From NCBI GenBank assembly GCA_021802125.1, contig JAKAAX010000001.1, forward strand, positions 173,652 through 237,651: a stretch of DNA of 64,000 nt, in the 5' to 3' direction. The DNA comes from Thermoplasmata archaeon. Lineage in GTDB: Archaea; Thermoplasmatota; Thermoplasmata; Lutacidiplasmatales; UBA184. A model generated the notes under the pieces. That model did no database searches, had not been told where the DNA came from, and saw only the letters and a program-made list of their open reading frames with translations. The translations under genes and the position numbers were made by a program. Positions 45,516-55,232 of the stretch are shown here, one piece after another. Numbering within the stretch: the stretch's first letter is position 1; every line of letters begins with the position of its first letter.

Positions 45516-46721
45516 ATGCCCGCGACTGGCTACGAGATCGCGGGAGAGCCGGCGGTCCTGGTGCGGGAGGGTGGGACGGAGTTCCTGCTTCCGGAGGCGA
45601 CCCCGCGCACTTCCCTGCGCGGTCCCGCGCGGCGGGCGCCGGTCTTCTACAACCCCGCCATGGCGCTCTCGCGCGACCTCCACGTCGCGGTGGTGCAGCG
45701 GCTCTCCCAGGTCATGGGCCGGCCCTTGGAGATCTGGGACGCGCTCGCCGCGAGCGGCATCCGCGGTCTGCGCGCGTTGAAGGAGACCGGCGGGGTCGCC
45801 TCTCTCCTCGCGACCGACCTCCAGCCGCACGCTGTCGAGGTGCTCCGGTCGAACCTGCAGCGGTCGGCTCCCTCCCACGTCCGCGCCACGGCCGTCTCGG
45901 CCGACGCCCACGAGGTCCCGCCGGGGGCCCCCTTCGACCTGGTCGATCTCGACCCGTACGGCACCCCGGCCCCGTTCATCCTGACCGCCGTCGAGGCGCT
46001 GCGGCCCGGAGGCGTCGTCGCAGTAACCGCGACGGACATGGCCGTGCTCGCGGGGGCCGAGCGCGAGGCGTGCCAGAGAAGGTACGGGGCGAGGCCCCTG
46101 CGGAACTACCTGTGCCGGGAGGCCGCGCTTCGGATCATCCTCGCCGAGGTCTCCCGCACCGCCGCGCGGAGGGGCCGGAGCGTCCACCCGCTGCTCTCCT
46201 ACGAACGGGACCACCATGTCCGCGCCTACCTCCGCCTGGACGCCCTGCGCGGGGACGAGCCCTCGCCGGTCCGCAGCGTCCCTTTCGAGGGCTACCTCGG
46301 GCCGCCGCTGCTCCACGGCGTCAAGGGGGGTCCCCTCTGGACGGGACCGCTCCACGACGCGACCTTCGTGGACGGGCTGCGGCCTCCCTCGGAACCCGCC
46401 CGTCCGCTCGAGCTTGCCTCCTGGCTCGAGCGCCTCCGAGAAGAGTCGAAGGTGGACGCGCTCTTCTACTACGAGAGCGGGGAGGTCGGGCGCCTCCTGC
46501 ACCTCACGAGCCAGCCCCCGCTCGAGAGCATCCTGGCCGAGCTCAAGGAGGGCGGATGGAAGGCCGCGCGGACCACCATGGAACCGTCCGGGTGGCGGAC
46601 CGACGCCCCCTGGCCGGAGGTGGAGCGGTGCATCCGCCGGGCGGAGCGGCGACCCCCGCCTCCCGCCGGAGCGGCGCACGGGGCGACCGAGGCACCTGCG
46701 GGTCGCGCGACCGGGGCCTGA
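45516..46721 (+). CDS. trm1: tRNA (guanine26-N2)-dimethyltransferase
   Basis: PVFYNPAMALSRD, ASGIRGLR, DLDPYGTPAPF, VTATD, GPLWTGPLHD, RTDAP. Confidence 0.93.
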   Translation: MPATGYEIAGEPAVLVREGGTEFLLPEATPRTSLRGPARRAPVFYNPAMALSRDLHVAVVQRLSQVMGRPLEIWDALAASGIRGLRALKETGGVASLLATDLQPHAVEVLRSNLQRSAPSHVRATAVSADAHEVPPGAPFDLVDLDPYGTPAPFILTAVEALRPGGVVAVTATDMAVLAGAEREACQRRYGARPLRNYLCREAALRIILAEVSRTAARRGRSVHPLLSYERDHHVRAYLRLDALRGDEPSPVRSVPFEGYLGPPLLHGVKGGPLWTGPLHDATFVDGLRPPSEPARPLELASWLERLREESKVDALFYYESGEVGRLLHLTSQPPLESILAELKEGGWKAARTTMEPSGWRTDAPWPEVERCIRRAERRPPPPAGAAHGATEAPAGRATGA

Positions 46722-46748
46722 CCCGCCCCCCTCCTCAGGGAGGAGTCC

Positions 46749-47618
46749 TCAGGCCTCGGTCACTTTGCCGGTCGATTCCTCGCGGACCTGCAGACGGCCC
46801 ACGACGATCCCGGGGGTCGGATGGGACCGGGCCAGGGAGAGCAGGCCGTCCGAGGCCAGGCCATCCGTCGCCAGGAACCCGAGGGAGAGGTACCACGCGG
46901 CCGGCGCGTAGACGAGGAGCGAGAGGAGCAGGTGGGACAGCCCCCCGTTCGTGAAGGGGAAGAGCGCGTAGAGCGCGGCGGTAACCCCTCCGACCAAGAG
47001 CAGCATCATCGTGAGCCAGAGCATCGGGAACTCCAGCGTGCCGACGATGTGCAGCCGGAGCCGGCCGAGAAGGTGGGGGGCCGCGGGGGAGAGCAGCAGC
47101 CCCAGCAAGACCCCCCCCAGCAGCACGTCCAGGAGGAAGCGCCCGGCGAGGACCGAGCCCTCGAACGGATCGGTGACTCCCCGGCGCTGGGATCCCGCCA
47201 GGTAGATTACCTCGAACACGAGGACGAGGGCGAAGAGCGTCAGGAACTTCGCCGTCCGTCCGTATCCCTCGGGGGTCTGGCCGAGGGGGGTCAGCACCAC
47301 TCGCCTGGGCCAGAGCGGCAAGGAGGCGAGCAGGCGCAGGACGGTCCACGGGGCGTAGGTGCCCAGGAACCGACCGGAGAGCCAGCCCACCGCGTACCAG
47401 ACCGGGGAGAAGACCAGGATGGCGATCAGGAGGAGCCCCAGCAGGCCGTACCCGATGAGAGGAGACCACGCGGCGGCGTGGAAGAAGCGGATCAGGAGGA
47501 GGTAGAGCACCACGAAGAGCGCGGGCACAGGCCATAGGAGCAGGGTCCTCAAGCGCGCGGACCGGGAAAGGGTCCCACCCGCTGCCGCGCCGGGGTGAAG
47601 TGGGTCAGGAGGGGTCAT
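46749..47618 (-). CDS. Hypothetical polytopic membrane protein
   Basis: About 6 hydrophobic segments from MTPPDP onward; starts 18 nt after the lhr stop. Confidence 0.7.
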   Translation of the reverse strand: MTPPDPLHPGAAAGGTLSRSARLRTLLLWPVPALFVVLYLLLIRFFHAAAWSPLIGYGLLGLLLIAILVFSPVWYAVGWLSGRFLGTYAPWTVLRLLASLPLWPRRVVLTPLGQTPEGYGRTAKFLTLFALVLVFEVIYLAGSQRRGVTDPFEGSVLAGRFLLDVLLGGVLLGLLLSPAAPHLLGRLRLHIVGTLEFPMLWLTMMLLLVGGVTAALYALFPFTNGGLSHLLLSLLVYAPAAWYLSLGFLATDGLASDGLLSLARSHPTPGIVVGRLQVREESTGKVTEA

Positions 47619-47635
47619 CGTCCGTCCGTCGCTCC

Positions 47636-50482
47636 TCAGTCCCAGAAGGCCCGGGTCTGGGCGTACCTGCGCTCCGCCTTCAGGAGCTCCCCCAGCAGCT
47701 CGTCCTCGCTCCGATGATGTCCAGCGAGGATCCTCCTGGCGGTGTCCGGGCCCACCCCCCGGGCAGCGAGGGCGATGAGGGCGATCTCCCCGTGCGTCGC
47801 GAGGAGGTCCGCGGTCGTGTAGGCCGCCTGCATGAGCTTGCGTTCCTGCGCGCTCACCAGACGCCCGGAGGAGGCGTTCCGTCTTCGGCGGGACTTCAGG
47901 TACCGCCGCAGGATCCGCAGCTCCTCCTCGCGCCGGGGGGAGACGACCGCGGAGAGCGACCCCTTGCAGATCCGGCAGGCCGAGCCTCCGGCGGACCTCC
48001 AGCTGTCCGCCGTCACGGTCCGCTCGAAGCCGCAACGCACGCACACGAGCAGGAGCGGCTCCTTGCGGAGCCGTTCACGAACGGCCCGGAGCAGGGTGGG
48101 GGGTGGCACGTCCCCCATCTGCTGCCAGCGAAGCCGCTCCAGAACGCGGCTGCCGAGCGAGCCGGGGAGGGGAGGGACAAGGACGAACGTGAGCTCCCCC
48201 GTGCGATGCCGGCTTAGGACCTCGCGTGCCCGGTCCACGTCGTAGCGATCGTGGAGGGTCTTCTCCAGCGCCTCCTCCCCCAGGGGCGTGCTCCGGCTCG
48301 CTTCCAGCAGGGGTTCGAGCGTCCGGAGCTGGCGGGCGTCGGCGCCGAGAGGCAGGAGGCCGAACTTCCTCGCGACGGTGGTGAAGCTCCACCGGTACTC
48401 CATTCCGGAGGGCACCATCCGCTCCAGGAGGCCCGGGACCGTGTCGGGGTCGACGTCCAGCAGCGAGGACACCTCCGTCGGAGCGGGGAGGGAGGGCAGC
48501 CCCACGACGAACCACGTGGGCTCGATGAGGAGCACGTCGGAGCGGACCCCGAACTTCGAGGTGGCGAGCCCGGCGAGGATCGTGGCGAGCGTCGCGTTGA
48601 CCCGGGTGCCGAAGCAGGCTCCGACCACCATCATCCGGCCGTGCACCTCCACGGTGACGCGCCGGTCGGTGGGGAACTCCGGGAGCGCGCGGACCTGGAG
48701 GAGCCGACGCCGCAGCCGCTCCAGGGCCTCCGGCGACCCCGGGTAGGCCGCAGGCTCCCCCGCTCGACGCAGCCGTCCGATCTCCTGGGCGACATCGAAG
48801 GGGACGGGGATGTCCTCCCCCGCCCATCGCGGCTCCGCCCCGATCTCCTGGACGGCCTCGACGAGCAGTTCGTCCTCCCGGAACTCGACGACCCTCCACG
48901 TCGTGCCGTGGAGGAGGAACGTGAACTCCGGGTTCGCCAGCACCTGGGTCACGACGAACCGCTCGTCGAGGGTGCCCATGACCTTCCGCGAGCCCATGTC
49001 CCGCAGGGGGTAGGTCTTCTCCTCGGGGATGAGGGAGAGCGACGCGTAGAACCTCTGGAGCGTCCCCCGTCCGGGCCGGAACCTAGCTCCCTCGCGCCGG
49101 ATCGAGCCCAGGCCCTCGAGGTACTCGGCGAGCTCGCGCACCTCCCCCAGGGAGAGGTCGCGCGTGGGGACGGAAGCGAGCAGCGTCGAGAGCGTCGCGT
49201 CCGCCGGCACGTCCTTCTCCGCCCTCAGGCAGGCGATGAGCTGCTGGGCGAGCGCGAGGCGGTTGCGGGGGCGGATCGCCACCGGCTCCACCTCCCGAGT
49301 GAGCACCCGGCGCCCGAGCACCAGGGACTCCTCGAGGTCCTCATCGTCGAGCGCGATCACCGTCCCGGAGGAGACCGCCCCCCGACGGTGCCCGGACCGG
49401 CCGATCCGTTGGAGCAGGCGCGAAGCCTGGTGGGGCGAGCCGAACTGGACCACGTGGTCGGCGGCCCCGATGTCGATCCCGAGCTCCAGCGAGCTCGTGG
49501 CCACGAGCGCCCTCAGTTCACCGGAGCGGAACCGCTCCTCGGTCTCCTCCCGGACCTCGCGCGAGAGCGAGCCGTGGTGCACGGCGACGGGGAGGTCCGG
49601 GGCGAGGAGCCTCAGGCGGGCCGCGAGGGACTCCGCCGTGGGACGCGTATTGACGAAGATGAGGGTGGACCGGTGGGTTTTCAGCTCCTCGACAACGGCC
49701 AGGAGCGCGGCGAGCAAGCCCTCGTCCGCCTTCAGGTCGCTCCGCAGCTTCGCGGGCAGCGCGGCGACCGCCTCGACGCTCGCCGGCGGCCGGACGCTCA
49801 CCTTGAACTCCTTCACCGCGGGAGCGTTGACGACCTTGACCGCGGTGCGCGGGGAAAGGTAGGTGGCGATCTCCGGGGGGTTGCCGATGGTGGCCGAGAG
49901 GCCGATCCTGCGGACGTGGTGGCCCGCGAAGGCGTCCAGCCTGTCGAGGGAGACCGCGAGCTGGGCCCCCCGGTCGTTCGAGGCGAGCTCGTGGATCTCG
50001 TCCACGATCACGGCCCTCAGGTTGAGCAGACCCTTGCGGAGCTGCTTGCCCACGAGCAGGAGCTGCAGCGTCTCGGGGGTGGTCACCAGGAGGTCCGGAG
50101 GGGACGCGGACTGCCGCGCCCGCTCTCGAGTCGGCGTGTCGCCGTGCCGGACCGCGGCGCGCATGCCCAGGGACTCCATCCACCCGACCAGACGGCCGTC
50201 GAGGTCGCGATTGAGCGCCCGGAGGGGGGTGATGTAGAGGATGCCGATCGGAGGACGGGGGTCCTCCAGGAGCTCTCCCAGCAACGGGAGGAGGGCCGCC
50301 TCGGTCTTTCCCGTCCCCGTGGGGGCGACCAGGAGCGCTTCTTCCCCGGCCGCGAGGACCGGCCAGGCCGCCGTCTGGATCTCGGTGGGTTCGCGGATCC
50401 CCCGGGCCTCTGCGACGGCCCGCACGCGCGCGTGGAGGATCTCAGGTAGTCCGAGAGGGACGTCGGGGGTCGGAGGGCGCAT
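47636..50482 (-). CDS. lhr: Lhr-family SF2 ATP-dependent helicase
   Basis: APTGTGKTEAA, YITPLRALNRD, RHGDT, TTPETL, VDEIHEL, GLSAT, HHGSLS, ATSSLELGID, QRIGRSGH; C-terminal CxxC...CxxC and ARGVGP. Confidence 0.93.
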   Translation of the reverse strand: MRPPTPDVPLGLPEILHARVRAVAEARGIREPTEIQTAAWPVLAAGEEALLVAPTGTGKTEAALLPLLGELLEDPRPPIGILYITPLRALNRDLDGRLVGWMESLGMRAAVRHGDTPTRERARQSASPPDLLVTTPETLQLLLVGKQLRKGLLNLRAVIVDEIHELASNDRGAQLAVSLDRLDAFAGHHVRRIGLSATIGNPPEIATYLSPRTAVKVVNAPAVKEFKVSVRPPASVEAVAALPAKLRSDLKADEGLLAALLAVVEELKTHRSTLIFVNTRPTAESLAARLRLLAPDLPVAVHHGSLSREVREETEERFRSGELRALVATSSLELGIDIGAADHVVQFGSPHQASRLLQRIGRSGHRRGAVSSGTVIALDDEDLEESLVLGRRVLTREVEPVAIRPRNRLALAQQLIACLRAEKDVPADATLSTLLASVPTRDLSLGEVRELAEYLEGLGSIRREGARFRPGRGTLQRFYASLSLIPEEKTYPLRDMGSRKVMGTLDERFVVTQVLANPEFTFLLHGTTWRVVEFREDELLVEAVQEIGAEPRWAGEDIPVPFDVAQEIGRLRRAGEPAAYPGSPEALERLRRRLLQVRALPEFPTDRRVTVEVHGRMMVVGACFGTRVNATLATILAGLATSKFGVRSDVLLIEPTWFVVGLPSLPAPTEVSSLLDVDPDTVPGLLERMVPSGMEYRWSFTTVARKFGLLPLGADARQLRTLEPLLEASRSTPLGEEALEKTLHDRYDVDRAREVLSRHRTGELTFVLVPPLPGSLGSRVLERLRWQQMGDVPPPTLLRAVRERLRKEPLLLVCVRCGFERTVTADSWRSAGGSACRICKGSLSAVVSPRREEELRILRRYLKSRRRRNASSGRLVSAQERKLMQAAYTTADLLATHGEIALIALAARGVGPDTARRILAGHHRSEDELLGELLKAERRYAQTRAFWD

Positions 50483-50698
50483 GTTCAACGAGGTGGGACC
50501 TCTGGACCTCAAAGCGAATAAGGCCGACCCAGAGGGCGTCCGGTCCGCGAGCACGGGAGGGCCTGGCCCCGCGGCCGACGGGAGGGCCGCGGCGGCGCTC
50601 GCGAGGGGGCAGCTCGGAAAGGATGGTCTGCCGCCCCCGAAGGGTCGGTTTCACGAACTCCTGGGAAACCTCTTGCCCCCTCAGTTCCTGGCTGGGGC

Positions 50699-51568
50699 GT
50701 GCCCGAGGCCGGAGCGCTCGACCAACGCATGGTGATCCTCGAGCGGAAGCTCCGGGAGATGGGGTCCGTGTTGGTCGCCTTCTCCGGGGGGGTGGACTCG
50801 GCCGTCGTGGCCGCCGCCGCCCATCGCGCGCTGGGGGAGAGGTCGCTCGCGGTCACCCTCGTCGGGCCGGCCGTGCCGAAGGAGGAGGTCGAGATGGCCG
50901 AGCGCGCAGCGCGCGCGATCGGGATACGCCATCTCCTCGAACCGCTGGATCCCACGGCGGACCCCCGGTACACGGCGAATCCCCTCGACCGTTGCTATTT
51001 CTGCCGTTCGCAGGAAGGTGGACGCCTGAAGGAGATCGCCGAACGGCAGGGCTTTGCGACGGTCGTCGACGGCATCCACGCGGACGACCTGGGCGACGAC
51101 CGGCCGGGAATGCGGGCCATGGGCGAGCTCGGAGTTCGCCACCCCCTCCTGGAGGCCGGGGCCGGGAAGTCGGACGTCCGGGAGATGGCCCGGGCGTGGG
51201 GACTCCCGAACCACGACGCTCCTTCGAACAGCTGTCTCGCCTCCCGGATCGCCCACGGGGAGGCGATCTCCTCCGAGCTCCTGCAGCGCATCGACGCCGC
51301 CGAGGGGCTGCTCCGCGCCCACGGGTTCCGCCAGGTCCGCGTCCGCACCTCGCAGGGAAAGGCGCGCATCGAGGTCGGGCCGGAGGAGGTCCCCCGGTTC
51401 GGCGATCCGTTCCTCCGTGTGCAGATCGGCCAGGAACTCCTCGCCCTGGGGTTCTCCAACGTTTCCATCGACCCGCAGGGCTACCGCCCCGCGGGAACGC
51501 GGACGTGGGACGGACCCCAGGCCCCCGGGCCGGTCGCCCCGGGACCGGCGGGGAGCGGCGGCACGTGA
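50699..51568 (+). CDS. larE: LarE-like ATP-dependent sulfur transferase (PP-loop)
   Basis: VAFSGGVDS, NPLDRCYFC, DDRPGMRA, SNSCLASRI, QVRVR, ARIEV, GYR. Confidence 0.85.
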   Translation: MPEAGALDQRMVILERKLREMGSVLVAFSGGVDSAVVAAAAHRALGERSLAVTLVGPAVPKEEVEMAERAARAIGIRHLLEPLDPTADPRYTANPLDRCYFCRSQEGGRLKEIAERQGFATVVDGIHADDLGDDRPGMRAMGELGVRHPLLEAGAGKSDVREMARAWGLPNHDAPSNSCLASRIAHGEAISSELLQRIDAAEGLLRAHGFRQVRVRTSQGKARIEVGPEEVPRFGDPFLRVQIGQELLALGFSNVSIDPQGYRPAGTRTWDGPQAPGPVAPGPAGSGGT

Positions 51569-53619
51569 CGTCCTCCACCCTCGACGCGACCGTCGGAGCC
51601 AAGACGCCCAGCACGGAACTGGTCCACCAGCCCATGCCGGGGAAGTTCCGGCTCGAGTCCCCGCTCGAGCCCCGGGGAGACCAGCCTCAGGCCATCCGGC
51701 AGCTGGTCAAGGGCGTCAAGGACGGCACGCGCTATCAGACCCTCCTCGGGGTCACGGGCTCGGGCAAGACCTTCACCATGGCCCACGTGGTGGAGGCGCT
51801 GCAGCAACCGACCCTGGTCATCTCCCCCAACAAGACCCTCGCGGCCCAGCTGGTCAGCGAGTTCCGCGACGTGTTCCCTCACAACGCGGTCGAGTACTTT
51901 GTCAGCTACTACGACTACTACCAACCCGAGGCCTACGTTCCCCAGATCGACCTCTACGTCGAGAAGGACGCGTCGATCAACGAGGAGATCGACCGGCTGC
52001 GCCACCGGGCGACGCAGGCGCTGCTCACCCGCCGGGACGTCATCATCGTGGCCTCCGTGAGCTGCATTTACGGTCTCGGCTCTCCGGAGGACTACCGCGC
52101 CCAGGTGCTGACGCTTCGCAAGGGCGAATCCTGGTCCCGCCGTGACCTCCTGCAGAAGCTCGTCTCCATGCGCTACCAGCGCAACGACACGGAGCTCAAG
52201 CGCGGACGCTTCCGGGTGCGCGGCTCGACGATCGACCTCATGGGTGCAGCGGAGGCCGGCCACCGCCTCGTGTTCGAAGGGGACCTGCTCGAGGAGATCC
52301 TCGGGTTCGATCCGGTGACGGGGGAGGACCGGGCCCCGGTGGAGCAGTTGCAGGTCTTCCCGGCGACGCACTTCCTCACGCCCCAGGAATCCCTCCAGGA
52401 CGCGCTCGCCGAGGTGGAGAAGGAGCTGGACCTGCGGTACCGCGAGCTCCACGCTTCGGGGAAGCTTCTGGAGGCTCAGCGGCTGAAGAGCCGGACCGAG
52501 TACGACCTGGAGATGATCCGGGAGGTCGGCTACTGCAACGGGATCGAGAACTATTCCCGCCACCTGACGCGACGCCAGCCGGGAGAGGCGCCCTACACGC
52601 TCCTCGATTTCTTCCCGAAGGACGCGCTCGTCTTCGTCGACGAATCGCACGTGACGCTCCCGCAGATCCGGGGGATGTACGAGGGCGACAGGAGCCGCAA
52701 GGACAACCTGGTCGAGTTCGGTTGGCGCCTCCCTTCCTGCCGCGACAACCGCCCGCTCAAGTGGCCGGAGTTCCTCCAACGCACGCACCAGATGATCTTC
52801 GTCTCGGCGACGCCGGGACCGATCGAACACAAGCTCTCGGGGGACCAGGTGGCCGAGCAGATCATCCGACCCACGGGGCTCGTCGACCCTCCGATCGAGG
52901 TCCGCCCGATCAAGGGGCACATGACGGACCTCGTGCAGGAGCTCCGCGCGCGCGTGGAGAAGGGCCAGCGCTGCCTGGTCACCACCCTCACCAAATCGAC
53001 CGCAGAGGAGCTCGCGAACTACCTCGCCGGCCTCCACCTGAAGGTCCGCTACCTCCACAGCGACGTCGAGACGCTCAAACGGGTGGAGATCCTGCGCGAC
53101 CTCCGGCTCGGCCGCTTCGACATCCTGGTGGGGATCAACCTGCTACGGGAGGGCCTGGACCTCCCCGAGGTCAGCCTGGTCGCCATTCTTGACGCCGACA
53201 AGGAGGGATACCTCCGTTCGGAGACCTCGCTCATCCAGACCTCCGGCCGAGCCTCGCGCAACTTGGACGGGAAGGTGATCCTCTACGCGGACCGGATCAC
53301 AGGGTCCATGGCCCGTGCGATGCAGGAGACCGCCAGACGGCGCGAGAAGCAGCTTGCCTACAACCGGGCCCACGGGATCGTGCCGGCGACCATCGTGAAG
53401 GAGGTCCACAGCCTCCTCGAAGGGGAGGAGGATGCGCCGAGCGGCGAGCTCTCCACGAGCGGCCTCGGCAAGAAGTGGAAGGAGCGCCTCCCGATGCTGC
53501 TCGCGAACCTCGAAGAGGAGATGCGTCTCGCCGCGGACCGCCTGGAGTTCGAGAAGGCGGGCAGGATCCGCGACCGGATCCGCGCGCTCCAGAAGGAAGC
53601 CGGGCTCAAGCCTCGGTGA
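51565..53619 (+). CDS. uvrB: Excinuclease ABC subunit B
   Basis: PRGDQPQAI, LLGVTGSGKT, YFVSYYDYYQPEAY, VDESH, GINLLREGLDLPEV, C-terminal UVR domain LEFEKAGRIRD. GTGA overlap with larE; ATG at 51634 is an alternative start. Confidence 0.97.
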   Translation: MTSSTLDATVGAKTPSTELVHQPMPGKFRLESPLEPRGDQPQAIRQLVKGVKDGTRYQTLLGVTGSGKTFTMAHVVEALQQPTLVISPNKTLAAQLVSEFRDVFPHNAVEYFVSYYDYYQPEAYVPQIDLYVEKDASINEEIDRLRHRATQALLTRRDVIIVASVSCIYGLGSPEDYRAQVLTLRKGESWSRRDLLQKLVSMRYQRNDTELKRGRFRVRGSTIDLMGAAEAGHRLVFEGDLLEEILGFDPVTGEDRAPVEQLQVFPATHFLTPQESLQDALAEVEKELDLRYRELHASGKLLEAQRLKSRTEYDLEMIREVGYCNGIENYSRHLTRRQPGEAPYTLLDFFPKDALVFVDESHVTLPQIRGMYEGDRSRKDNLVEFGWRLPSCRDNRPLKWPEFLQRTHQMIFVSATPGPIEHKLSGDQVAEQIIRPTGLVDPPIEVRPIKGHMTDLVQELRARVEKGQRCLVTTLTKSTAEELANYLAGLHLKVRYLHSDVETLKRVEILRDLRLGRFDILVGINLLREGLDLPEVSLVAILDADKEGYLRSETSLIQTSGRASRNLDGKVILYADRITGSMARAMQETARRREKQLAYNRAHGIVPATIVKEVHSLLEGEEDAPSGELSTSGLGKKWKERLPMLLANLEEEMRLAADRLEFEKAGRIRDRIRALQKEAGLKPR

Positions 53620-53834
53620 AGCGCGAGTCCCCTCGGGAGGACCGCGAGTCTTCCGCCGCGCGTCGAGGACTCGGAAGGCCGGAGACGAGGGAGGGATCAC
53701 CGGTCGGCGTGGTCCATTTCCCATCTGCGGAGGGCCAGAGACCGAACGACTCCCCCCGAGGACGGGCGCCGGACCCAAGGAGCCCCTTCGAGGGGGGCCC
53801 CCGGGCAACCCTATTAGTCCCCCGCCGTTCGAGG

Positions 53835-53926
53835 CCCCCTGCTGGGGGAGCCATCATGCGGCTGAGAGGACAGACCTTGTCTGTCGACCCCTCGAACCTG
53901 ATCCGGGTAATGCCGGCGCAGGGAAG
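53835..53926 (+). ncRNA. TPP (THI-box) riboswitch
   Basis: GGGGGAGCC...GGCTGAGAG, P3 hairpin GACAGA-cctt-g-TCTGTC, ACCCCTCGAACCTGATCCGGGTAATGCCGGCGCAGGGAA. Directly upstream of thiamine ABC genes. Confidence 0.95.
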
Positions 53927-53929
53927 ACG

Positions 53930-53971
53930 ATGGCCAGCGTAGAGGGTTCCCCCGCAGAAGGCGGGACATGA
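53930..53971 (+). CDS. Putative 13-aa leader ORF (MASVEGSPAEGGT) overlapping the thiB start
   Basis: ATG 3 nt after the aptamer's 3' AGGGAAG; its TGA overlaps the thiB ATG (ATGA). Confidence 0.4.
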   Translation: MASVEGSPAEGGT

Positions 53972-55209
53972 CCACGCTGCCCGGGAATACGACCGAGAGC
54001 GAGACCGAAGCGACGAACATTCCGTCCTCAACCCCCGGGGGGCACTCCCGCTCGCCGGAGCGCACCCACCGGGTCCGTCGGTCGGTCTCGGTGTGGGTGG
54101 TCGTGGCCGTGGTGCTTCTGGCGGCGGTCGTCGGCTTTGCCGCCTACCACATCCTTGCCGCGTCGAAGGGCTCCTCGTCGGGAAACGCTTGCACGTCGCA
54201 GTGCCACTCCCTAGTGGTCTGGGCCTACGACGGGATCTTCGGCGGGGGATCGTCTCCCGGGGCGGCCAGGGGAGCGGTCTTCCAGCAGTTCGGGAACCTG
54301 ACCGGGAGCACCGTGACCGTCGTGAGCGTGTCGGGCAACCTGGCCCAGGCGCTCATCAACGCGAAACCGGGGACGCTCCCGGACGTGGTGATGGGGCTGG
54401 ACGAGCTCGAGGCCCCCGAGGCCGACCAGGCGGGACTGCTGATCCCCTACACGTCGCCGCAGCTCGCGCACGTGAACCCCGCGGTGGTCTCCACCATCGC
54501 GCCGGACCACAGCGTGACGCCGTACGAATACGGCTACCTGGGTCTGGACTACAACATCTCGACCGACTCGTCCCTGGGGCACCCGTTCAGCCAGGGCGAC
54601 TTCTTCCAGGCGCTCCAGGCGAACCCGAGCCTCGCGAAGAACCTCTACTATCCCGACCCGGTCCAGGGGGACATCACGGGTGAGGAGTTCCTGGCCTGGG
54701 AGGTCGAGTACTACACCAACGTGCTCCACCAGAACTGGACGACGTTCTGGACCTCGGTGGCCCCGGACATCCACCCCCTGCCGGACTGGTCCACCTGCTG
54801 GTCCGAGTTCACCTCGGGCGTGGCCCCGACGTGCCTGAGCTACATCAGCGATCCCGCGGCGGAGGCCTACTTCGGGGCCGGCGGATGGATGAACACCAGC
54901 GTCGCGCAGCACGGGGGGAAGAACTGGAGCTGGATGACCGTCTACGGGACGGGCATCGTCAAGGGCGGGGTCCACAACCTGACCCTCGCCCAGGATTTCA
55001 TCGACTGGACGTTGGGGGGCACGGTCCAACGGGAGGTCCCGACGAACGAGTGGATGGAACCGGCGAACAACACCGTCTCGATGCCGGGCGTGTACAACTG
55101 GACCCTACCGCTCTCCTCGGTCTCGGCGGTGAACCAGTTCACGACCCCCTCGCAGAGCTCCTCGGAGATGACCTCGTGGGTCCTCCAGCTCGAGGCGATC
55201 GTGTTCTGA
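53968..55209 (+). CDS. thiB: Thiamine ABC transporter substrate-binding protein
   Basis: N-terminal membrane anchor; LVVWAYD, DVVMGLD, PYEYGYLGLDY, DP...TGEEFL, LSYISDPA, AQDFIDW, VQREVPTNEWMEP; TPP riboswitch upstream. Confidence 0.88.
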   Translation: MTTLPGNTTESETEATNIPSSTPGGHSRSPERTHRVRRSVSVWVVVAVVLLAAVVGFAAYHILAASKGSSSGNACTSQCHSLVVWAYDGIFGGGSSPGAARGAVFQQFGNLTGSTVTVVSVSGNLAQALINAKPGTLPDVVMGLDELEAPEADQAGLLIPYTSPQLAHVNPAVVSTIAPDHSVTPYEYGYLGLDYNISTDSSLGHPFSQGDFFQALQANPSLAKNLYYPDPVQGDITGEEFLAWEVEYYTNVLHQNWTTFWTSVAPDIHPLPDWSTCWSEFTSGVAPTCLSYISDPAAEAYFGAGGWMNTSVAQHGGKNWSWMTVYGTGIVKGGVHNLTLAQDFIDWTLGGTVQREVPTNEWMEPANNTVSMPGVYNWTLPLSSVSAVNQFTTPSQSSSEMTSWVLQLEAIVF

Positions 55210-55232
55210 GCGGAGCAGGGAGCCCGGTCGCG

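Noticed and set aside
50623-51564. Long N-terminal extension of UvrB in the ORF track (likewise for Rrp41, CHAD, ThiP and the LolD-type ATPase)
   Set aside because: These extensions overlap genuine upstream genes in another frame; starts were reassigned.
53740-53805. Second tandem TPP aptamer or ncRNA upstream of the riboswitch
   Set aside because: Only a GC hairpin (CCCCTTCGAGGGG) is present; no CUGAGA or CCUGAU core. More likely a uvrB 3' structure.
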